Of a stretch of 59,749 nt of DNA, positions 50,967-59,749 are shown piece by piece. The DNA lies in assembly GCA_003614675.1 (NCBI GenBank), contig ML002247.1, positions 1-59,749 of the forward strand, in the 5' to 3' direction. The notes below the pieces were generated by a model, which was not told the DNA's origin, searched no databases, and worked only from the letters and a program-made list of their open reading frames with translations. The stretch is from Dimargaris cristalligena. Lineage: Eukaryota. Numbering within the stretch: position 1 is the first letter of the stretch; each line of letters opens with the position of its first letter. Position numbers and translations under genes: made by a program.

Positions 50967-53900
50967 AGTGGATGTGTACGGGAGTGAGCTGTCTAGGCGC
51001 CCAGGTACACCTGAATCATACCCGGTCCATCCAGCAGCCCCCTGGCGGTCTTCATCTACGCTGAATTTCCCACTGGATTAACTAACCACCTCCCCTACCA
51101 CCAACGCCGTTAGTATCGTGGCCATTTAGGGTTGGTGGGAGGACTCCGAGCCGCTGACTGACTGACTGGGTAGTAATCCCCTAACTGACCATACTTGGCG
51201 GGAGGTGAATATGGTGGTGAGGATGAAGCCATTACTGCAATGCGGAACTTGCCTCGGCTTTCTCCTCGCGTCATAGAGGTTGGAGTAAGCGGTTAAATGA
51301 CATACATATCTGCCTATGCAACTCGGCAAACTAGTTTCCAACGCAAATTGCGGTATCCAATGCCTTAAAACCCCGCCAAGCACACCCACCCACATTGTTA
51401 TCCTCGCGTATATAGAAATAATAAAATGGTGGCGTGGGTTAGGTGTGAAGGAAATGATAAAGGTATAGTACAGTATGGTACGGCACGGTTAAGTAGGGTG
51501 GAGTAGGGTTCGAACCAGACTACACTAGACTGGACTGGGTCAGGTAGATTACTCAGCTTGGTTGCATAGGCAGTTAACATAACCGGGTTCGGCGGCCCTG
51601 CAGACTGCGGCTCTTTAGAGTCCATATCAAATCATCGGCTGGACAATCGGATCCCTGTGACTGCCCTTATATCTTGTTTCATGCCACCCGGGCCGATATT
51701 TAATATTAAAAACCTGATTTATCCCCTCGCCGCAATTCCCATTCTAATAAATCACCCATACCAACATGTTAGATTCCTAAACTATATATATTGTTTATTT
51801 TTTTACGTAACACTCATAAGCACTGCCATGACTGTACTGCAGACCAGTTCACATCTGCATGGGTATAAATAAATATGGAATATTCCCAGTTCAGAAAATC
51901 GTCCCACATGAAACACGCCCCAAAGTATGGTATAGGTGCGCCTCCAACTCCCCGCCCCTTCGCTCCCCCGTCTACCCCAACTACTTACTTATTCCCCAAC
52001 TTTTCATCAGCCATCTACATTTGGCATTAATACCCCTTCTCCTCCCCCAAAGTACATACTCTATTCTGCTGTGTCGATGGTTCCAGACACTGCATGTACA
52101 TCCCTACCATTGTGGGCGGGAGGTCCACGCAGCCACTGATAGGCATATCGGATAACAGCTTCTTTATCATTTCAAATCGCCTTGCTGCCGCCGTTTCTTT
52201 TTATTGAATGTACCGAGGGTATTAGTTTAACCAAAGTAATCAATGAAGGTATCGCCATTATGCATATTCCACTCTCGGTATATTTAAAAAAATGCGACAC
52301 TGAGAGACATGGGCCACCCGGCTCTATATAATGCGGAGATATTAATCCCATCAGGGGACACTTGTTGAATAGGCGATTTAAATTTGGATCCTTAGCCGCT
52401 AGTCTGGAAGGTGAGAAACCCTGTGAATATGTACTTTTATTGAAAGCCCCCCAAGAATAGCTCCAGGTTGAGTGGGTCTTCACTATAAACAACGCTGAAC
52501 CCCCCCCATAATCCCCCTCTTTCCCTTCAGGCTAGTTGTTAGGCAGGTGCATGCCAAACAGTTTATGCTCCACCATCTATAAAAAAAATATAAATTTCCA
52601 CGACCACACACCACCTTCAGAAAAGACAATGCCGACATAATAAGGCAATTGGTTAAGTTGCAGTGAAGATTTCACGTAGCAAAAACGGAAAAAAGAAACA
52701 CACACAGCCACCTACCTGGCAGGATACCGAAAACCGCCCAGGGTAACCAAGGGATTGGCTATTGTAATGCCTACAACAAAGTAAAAAAGCGACATTCAAA
52801 TTAGAGGGCCTCCCCCCTTGCAATAGCCGTGCCACTGGCGAGTCTTTAAACACGGAGTGGGTGGTGAGTATACGGACCGTCTCATTAGTCAGTACAGATT
52901 GTCGTTTCTAACCTAATTTTCCAATTCCCAGATTAGCCAAACCCGACACCACATTCTTACCAGCGAGTGGTTTTAGGCCAAGTGTAACCTTATATTCCCC
53001 CCACTTACATTTGTGTATGGGTTGTGAGTATTTTGGTCTTCCCATCAGTCCAATGGTCTGAACCTATAATTAAGATTATCCAGACCGCTCCTACTAATAT
53101 CCCCGGACGGAGCTTTGCCGATCCCGTTGGTGGTTCCATTGATTGGTTTCAGACACTCTTCAAAATCACAGTCGGTTTCGAATGGCTTTGGGGCATTGTT
53201 GGCCTGGCTTCTACACCCCGCAGTCCTTGCCTAGTATACCGAGTTGGATTTTTTTAAGCGGGTAGACATTCTTGAATATGCAGAAGATTCTCAACATTGC
53301 CACCATGGTGAATACAAATTCTTCTATAGATACACAGTGAGTCTTTAGAGGGCCGCCGTCCAATCACGTTAGATCCATAATATATCATAATGAGTGAACG
53401 TTCAGTCCAGGTAGTTTTCACACGATACCACTGAACACCAGCACTTGAGTCTGAAATCAGTCCCTATTGAGTTTAGCAGACAAGCCATTGTTGTGACTCT
53501 TTATGAATACCGAGCGATCTCATCTTCCTCACTGTGTATTTGCGGATTTTTGAATCAAAAAAAGATATACCCTTCTCCACCCCCACTAGACCGCTTCTGG
53601 CCGGCAGTGGCGCGACTGAAGCTTAGGGAACCGACCACAGTTCCACAGTAGAAAATGGTGTGTGTTGGTGTTGCTCCCATTTCATTATAATTTTTGCATG
53701 GCGTAGTCTAACTGTGCTTCCTAAAACCCCCAAGCCCACGAAAGAAGCGATAGGCCAGAGACTAACGGTCAAGAGCAAACATTGGTCGAATTACACGCAC
53801 TGATCAGTCAACTGTCCATGAACGACCATCCGGACAAAAAGAACCAAAAACAACAAAGCACCGATACAGGAGTGTAGCCATTGGGATGGGCCATAGTGTT

Positions 53901-56190
53901 TATATGGTTATATAAGCGAGTGGAAGAGGAATAAACGAACGAAGTGGAGGGGCAGCGTATTTCGGCCCAGATGACGAGTGTTATGCGGCCGACTTTATTA
54001 TAGTGTAATACCTATGGGATCATGTATTCAAAAGTGGCCTTGGTGAAATTAGGGAATGATGTATATGTAGTTTTGGGCCGCTCCACCCGCAATGAACTGG
54101 TCCTAGGAACAGGAGGGCTGGATTCGGCTTCCTTATCAGGATGGTTTGCCGCGGATGTGGAGGGAGTCCCCTATTGGCAAGCGCGGGGATGCTTGAAGGT
54201 ACAGATAGGCCGAATTCGGGGGCGCTGGAACTCCCAGTAGACAATGGGTGGAGTTTCAGGGAACAAGGGATAGCCGTGGCCAAAGTGCTCTGAAATACTG
54301 GCAAATGGTAGCCTGCAAGGCCGACCGGCCCTAGATTGAATATGGTTACCATTGGCCACTAATGGTGGAGGAGTCTGAACCGTATTTACACATTTATTCC
54401 AGACATTAATGTCCCTATTATACACGGTGTGCTTGATCATCCAGATCAAGCCCCGAATACACACTATTCGAATGTCAGCCCATTTCTGCTTGCACTCTAA
54501 CCTGGCTTATACAGGACGATACTACCGCTGCATTGCTATTCCAACGACTAACTTCCCGATAACGGATCATACTCCAGTAACCATGACAAACCTCCGGCCA
54601 TCTCTGCCAATATTGCTGCCAAGTAGTAATCCTTGCTATTGTTGAATAATCGAATAAGACGAGCGTTTTATTATGGAAATATAGTGAAGGAGATGTAACA
54701 ACGTAATATAATAGTAGTAGAAATGCTGGTAAACTAAGGGAACATCTACAAGGTAGCCGCAGCACCTTTTATAAAGCTGGTTCTAATTCTATTAAACACG
54801 ACCGCTAGCGCCTAGTAGTTACGGGGTGCTCCCATCAAGCGGCGTGTCTTTGGGAGGAAATCCGTGGAAGAGAGGGGGCGTGGTTGCATCCTATCCAGTA
54901 TGCTTTTGGTAATGAATGCCTCGGAAGTCGGGTAATTGTAGCGGTGGACCGGGGTCATCCTTCGTTCATGACCAGAGTTTCTGGTTGGCCGACCCCCTGG
55001 TTGTTGTGGTTTCGAGGCATGTTATCGTCAGACAAGGCTGGTGCCATGTTAGTCTCACTAGGACTGCAGTCGGTCGTCAGTACAAATGTAACACTATCAC
55101 TGTCGTAGTATAAATAACGACGGAATTACCGATACATTGATACATCAGCCGATTATCACCCTACTATTTTTCAGATTGTCTTTCGTAGTATAATTTAGTA
55201 GTATCCTTTAGTACCTTATCATTTATAGCCCTTATTCCTAACATCTCCGGTGGTAGGAAACTCTAATGCCCCCCGTGCCCCTATTCTCCCGAGTCCCTCC
55301 CTACCTTTAACCCACGTACCCTCCCTGCCTAAAAAGCCATATACGTATCAATTGCCGTTTTATTCTTATAACTCCCGTTTTTCCGGCTCATCCTTTGGGG
55401 ATTTAAGAGATACCCATAGGGCCCACTAAATTATTCGAGTAGGCTATACTCTAAAGAGGCAGCTTGGATGTGACGGTTGGTATTGAAACTCATTTTCGGG
55501 TCCGCTGTTTCTCAATGTCTTGTGTTTTCTCGCCAGGGCCTAACCAAATCTAGATTATAGTGCCATGCACCTTAAGCTGTCTAAAAGTCACCATGCTTGA
55601 TTAGAGCGACAGCGAGAATTGAATGTGTCCATTTTTCCGGTCAGGTGACCGTCCTGGTAGCTGCACATCTGCCTAATCAAGATGTTCGCGCCGTTCCTGG
55701 TTTATTATATTATCTTACTGGAGATCAGAAGTATGGAAGGGGAAGGTGTGTGGCACTCAATTAGAGCATGTCCAACCTACCACCTAGTCTTTGTCAATTT
55801 GTTAATATTTGGATTGTTTGAGGCCCTGTCGTTGCTCTGGGCCCAATGTACCAGGAGGAAGTTAAACCAGTAGCAGTGGCTCTCCTCCCTGCCTTCATAG
55901 CAGCGAGATCCAACTGGTTTTTTACTACTCCTCATCTGGTATCCCCACAGGATCTATCCCGTTTAGAGAATCCTTAGTTTAGTGCCAATTTCCTCATCTT
56001 GGTGATGAGCATGATCTAGCCCTTTTTAACGTTCTTCGCCTACCATCTGAATTGGGGTCTACTTACTTACTTACCGCCTTCGAGTCACTCCGTGGTTTCA
56101 CTAACCTTTACCCATCCAGTTCCTGGCTATATTTATAGTTATTTTCGGACCCCGCCCTCCCAAGTTGACGTTCCCTAAACCACCCCCTTC

Positions 56191-56226
56191 CACACACATA
56201 CACACATACACACACACACACACACA
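56191..56226. repeat. Imperfect (CA)n microsatellite immediately upstream of the VRG4 ATG
   Basis: Read directly from the sequence. Confidence 0.9.
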
Positions 56227-56235
56227 TTGCCCACC

Positions 56236-57249
56236 ATGCCTCTATCCAGCGGGGCCCTCCACTCGGCGGTGCCGATCATGGCCTACTGCCTGTCGTCCAT
56301 CTCCATGACCATGGTCAACAAGTTCGTGCTCTCAGGGTTCCAGCACCACATGGTCTTCTTCATGCTGGCCATCCAGGCCCTCTCCAGCGTTGTCTTGCTG
56401 ATGGGCCTGGGTCGGTTCCTCGGTCTCCATTACCGGTCGCTTAATGCCGCCGATGTGCGCGCCTGGCTCCCCGTCTCCATCACCCAAGCGGTGATGCTCT
56501 ATACGGGCGGCAAGAGTTTGCAATACCTCAATGTCCCTCTTTTTACCATTTTCAAAAATCTGACCATTATTCTGGTGGCCTACGGCGAACGGATGTTGTT
56601 CAAAGCGGCGGTGACCCCGTTGATGATGGTGGCGTTTACGCTTATGGTCCTGAGTTCGATGGTCGGCGGGTGGAACGACTTGCAGTTCAATTTCGTGGGT
56701 TACGCTTGGATGGCGGCTAACTGTTGCTCGTCGGCCTTCTTTGTGCTCCACATGCGTAAAATCATGAAAGTGGTGAATTTCAAGGACTTCGATACGGTCT
56801 ACTACAACAACATTTTGACCGTACCCATGTACCTGATCCTGAGTCTGCTGGCCGAAAACTGGGGCGAGTTTCTGGCCTATTATGACGCTCCCGAACACAA
56901 CGCCGAATACTGGACGTTTGTGCGGTCCAATCTGTTCAGCGGCATCTGTGCGTTTGCCATCAGTTACTGTACCGCGTGGTGCATCCGGACCACCAGTTCC
57001 ACCACCTATAGTATGGCGGGTGCCCTCAATAAATTGCCCATCGCCGTGTTCGCCATGTTCTACTTCGATGATCCCGTCACCCTCGGTGGCATCTTGGCCG
57101 TCCTCCTCGGGTTCGGCGCCGGTCTGGTCTACACCCACGCTAAGAATCTGCAAAAGGCCGCTAGCGGAGCGGGCTCCGGTGCCAGTGGCTTGCCGGCCCC
57201 GATTTCGATGGAACCGGTGAAGAATATCAACGTGAATATCAAGTCTTAG
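56236..57249 (+). CDS. VRG4: Golgi GDP-mannose transporter
   Basis: ccaccATG at 56236. Motifs YCLSSISMTMVNK, FTIFKNLTIILVAYGE, DFDTVYYNN and TSSTTYSMAGALNKLP (GALNK motif). Confidence 0.96.
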   Translation: MPLSSGALHSAVPIMAYCLSSISMTMVNKFVLSGFQHHMVFFMLAIQALSSVVLLMGLGRFLGLHYRSLNAADVRAWLPVSITQAVMLYTGGKSLQYLNVPLFTIFKNLTIILVAYGERMLFKAAVTPLMMVAFTLMVLSSMVGGWNDLQFNFVGYAWMAANCCSSAFFVLHMRKIMKVVNFKDFDTVYYNNILTVPMYLILSLLAENWGEFLAYYDAPEHNAEYWTFVRSNLFSGICAFAISYCTAWCIRTTSSTTYSMAGALNKLPIAVFAMFYFDDPVTLGGILAVLLGFGAGLVYTHAKNLQKAASGAGSGASGLPAPISMEPVKNINVNIKS

Positions 57250-57972
57250 GAAGAGCGAGGGCAGCTTCTCTCTCTCTCTCTCTCTCACATCATCTCCCTC
57301 TTTGTTCCAAATGGACCTTTCTCCACCACTCCCATTCACTCACATATCTATTTTTACTATTTTAATACCCTCGTATTGGCCGGGTTCTCTACTTAATAAT
57401 CGGATTTAATGGATTGTTCAGACTCTTCCTCTTTCGTTCTCCATAATATGTATACACATATATGCCAAAACTATAAACAGTCACTTAATCTTCAATATCA
57501 TGGGGGGTTTTTTTTCTTCATTTGGTTATGTTTTCAGGTCGATGTTGCACTAACCGGATACTTCTCCATCCTCACAAGTAGTTTTATTAGTGGCTTATAT
57601 TACTAATTCGTCCTTTCCGTACATATACCCAGCTATCATATCTGATGCCACACCGCCGCACCCTTGTGTTGCTTAGTCAAGCGTGATCAACGTCTACCCT
57701 CGCCTTATATATACATTCATACACCTATAGCCATTTCGTCATCATGGTTAGTTTATGTGTAATCAATCAGTTATGGGTAAATATAAATGTAAAGAAATCC
57801 ACATTTTAAATATATATATATATATATTTAAGAAAAACAATCCTCGACTAATAGTCGATGAAGAGTTTAGGAAAGTATGAGTAAAACGGATTCGTAATAG
57901 TAGGGATTGTATGCCAACCGATGTAGTGACCCGGGACACCACAAATGCCTGGAGGCCATACATGGTCATCTA

Positions 57973-58028
57973 CAAGTGATAAACGAGGGCCAAGAAAGGT
58001 GGAGGAGAAACGGCTTAACTAAAGACCG
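57973..58028 (+). repeat. 56-bp perfect inverted repeat, left copy
   Basis: Exact reverse complement of 59642-59697. Confidence 0.97.
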
Positions 58029-59634
58029 CCTTACGACCCTTCCCAAACAACGCCGGGCGTTTACTATCATTGCCTTCATCGCCCATAGTTACGTTTGGTG
58101 TGACCCCCAGAATGTCCGTTCCTGGCTCCCCGCCGGCCTTTCAGTGCCCTGGGTCCAACTAGCCGATCTTCTGGAGCTGAAACCCGTCGTATGCTGTGCC
58201 TCGGTGGTATCCTGGAACTGGCGCAAAATCGACCAAGACGGCCCCTTGGACCTAAGCAATCTTGCCATTCTGCAAACTTTCGCCGGCTCCTTAGACGAAG
58301 CCTGGTTCTACCTCATCACCGCGGGGGTCGAGGCCCGTGCCGTCGACATGCTCCGGTGCATTCCCTCCACCCTACAGGCCATCGAAGACCGGAACCATGC
58401 CCAACTTCGCGCCGACCTGCAGATCTATTTGGATGTGATTTCCGACTTAACCCCCATTCTCCGGCGCATGTACGAACACTGCGACCCTTATGTCTTTTAC
58501 TGGAAAATCCACCCCTACCTAGCGGGTTGGAGTAACCAGGCCAAGGCGGGCTTACCCCACGGCCTTTTATACCGGGGCGTGGACGACACTGACCTCGACG
58601 TGAATAATCCCCGGGACGCTGAAGCCCTCCTGGCCCGCCACCGGCAGTACGCCGGGGGTAGCGCGGCCCAAAGTACCGTCATCCAAGTGTTTGATATCCT
58701 GTTGGGCATCCAACACTACCCCACCGGCCTGCCCAAGGCGGAACGGAGCGAAGCCCAGCGGACGGACCGCAGTCTAAAAACCGGCAATTATCTGCTGGCA
58801 ATGCGTCAGTACATGCCCGGCCCCCATCGCCGATTCCTGGAAGACTTCGACCAGATCTGCCATTTAAGGGAGTACGTCCAGTCCCTGGTCCCCTCCCCAT
58901 CATCGGCAACTGAACATTTATCAGAGGAAGAAGTTAGTTTACGGACCGATATTTACCAGCTATACAATGCCTGTGTTGAACGAATTGGTCATTTCCGGGA
59001 CGCCCATATCCAAATGGTCACGCGTTATATCATTAGTCCCGCCCGCCGGGGATCCCAGTCAGCCACTGCCCCACCAACACCCACGCCGACATCTCTATCA
59101 TCGACACCGGCATTTTCCCAAACGGCTTCTCCCTCGCTTTCCAAACCCGACAGTGCCATTGGGTCGGAATCTATGGGTCATGACCACCACCACCCCCCCG
59201 CCGTAGCCTCAACTCCCCCGTCACCCTGTCCCACGGATGGAACGACAACCCCCAATGAACCGACCGCGGGATTTATGGCGAGTGCCGCTAACCCGAACGT
59301 TGATATGCCGACCCCCCGAAGTTTTTCGTCATTCCTTAATATGCGTACCATCCGGGAAGCCCTTAACCGCGTTTCCCCCGCCGCAACTCCCAAAACCACT
59401 GATACCTCTCCATTACCCACACCCATCTTAAGTCCCGCCGGCTCGCGGACTCCTCTAGCAGCCTCTTCACTGTGGTCAGCGCCATCCCCCGCTACTTTAT
59501 CGGTAACTGGCGCCAATAATCCACCACCCTCCGCGACTCCCGCCGTCAGTGAAATCGTCGGGTCAGGGGGTACCAACGCCATGGCGTTCATTAAGCAGGT
59601 GCGCGATGAAACTAAGGAGGCCATACTTCCATAA
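58024..59634 (+). CDS. BNA2: Indoleamine 2,3-dioxygenase (BNA2-like), 5' end missing
   Basis: Motifs RRAFTIIAFIAHSYVW, WNW, DEAWFYL, PYLAGW, AGGSAAQS, MRQYMPGPHRRFL, FRDAH (proximal His), GSGGT and VRDET. ORF sequence upstream of ~58024 is not IDO-like. Confidence 0.9.
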   Translation, partial: DRLTTLPKQRRAFTIIAFIAHSYVWCDPQNVRSWLPAGLSVPWVQLADLLELKPVVCCASVVSWNWRKIDQDGPLDLSNLAILQTFAGSLDEAWFYLITAGVEARAVDMLRCIPSTLQAIEDRNHAQLRADLQIYLDVISDLTPILRRMYEHCDPYVFYWKIHPYLAGWSNQAKAGLPHGLLYRGVDDTDLDVNNPRDAEALLARHRQYAGGSAAQSTVIQVFDILLGIQHYPTGLPKAERSEAQRTDRSLKTGNYLLAMRQYMPGPHRRFLEDFDQICHLREYVQSLVPSPSSATEHLSEEEVSLRTDIYQLYNACVERIGHFRDAHIQMVTRYIISPARRGSQSATAPPTPTPTSLSSTPAFSQTASPSLSKPDSAIGSESMGHDHHHPPAVASTPPSPCPTDGTTTPNEPTAGFMASAANPNVDMPTPRSFSSFLNMRTIREALNRVSPAATPKTTDTSPLPTPILSPAGSRTPLAASSLWSAPSPATLSVTGANNPPPSATPAVSEIVGSGGTNAMAFIKQVRDETKEAILP

Positions 59635-59641
59635 CTGATGC

Positions 59642-59697
59642 CGGTCTTTAGTTAAGCCGTTTCTCCTCCACCTTTCTTGGCCCTCGTTTATCACTTG
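59642..59697 (-). repeat. 56-bp perfect inverted repeat, right copy
   Basis: Exact reverse complement of 57973-58028; starts 8 nt after the IDO stop codon. Confidence 0.97.
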
Positions 59698-59749
59698 CAG
59701 CTGCCCATGACGATGGCGAACCCAATGGCCACGGCGCCGGCCAGACGGG
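59695..59749 (+). repeat. 55-bp exact copy of MATE gene interior (47809-47863)
   Basis: TTGCAGCTGCCCATGACG...CCAGACGGG is identical at both sites. Confidence 0.97.

Noticed and set aside
57907-58023. N-terminal 39 codons of the 575-aa IDO ORF
   Set aside because: Not IDO-like and includes the inverted copy of the sequence downstream of the stop; probably not coding.
1-59749. CRISPR arrays, intact transposase/RT ORFs, U12 introns, selenoprotein TGA/SECIS, TPP riboswitch
   Set aside because: None seen on manual reading; all reconstructed introns are GT-AG with U2-type donors.

Overview
Intron-containing fungal genomic DNA. Gene content and style suggest an early-diverging (zoopagomycete, possibly Dimargaris-like) fungus; this is inference and cannot be confirmed from the window. 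I reconstructed exon structures by hand for the housekeeping genes: FAM32A-like, RTC3/SDO1-like, RPA34-like, MOB2-like, RPL15, DOHH/LIA1, FMC1-like, GOT1, RPN6, an ATP-type diacylglycerol kinase, an SPX-domain Pho87/90/91-type phosphate transporter, a MATE transporter, VRG4 and a 5'-truncated indoleamine 2,3-dioxygenase. There are also two orphan secreted-protein loci and a solitary divergent 5S rRNA gene. AT-rich blocks between these genes hold decayed copies of a multi-copy coding family. The most notable signals are: a ~2.4 kb stretch with zero CpG inside a ~1.6 kb-arm inverted duplication (possible CpG-targeted, RIP-like genome defence); a ~205 nt structured-RNA candidate; unusually long AG-free zones and distant branch points in introns, including a predicted ~1 kb 5'UTR intron; a secreted protein with an F-box-like motif; and a window end whose 56-bp inverted repeat plus copied MATE fragment looks like an amplification (MDA) chimera rather than a transposon.
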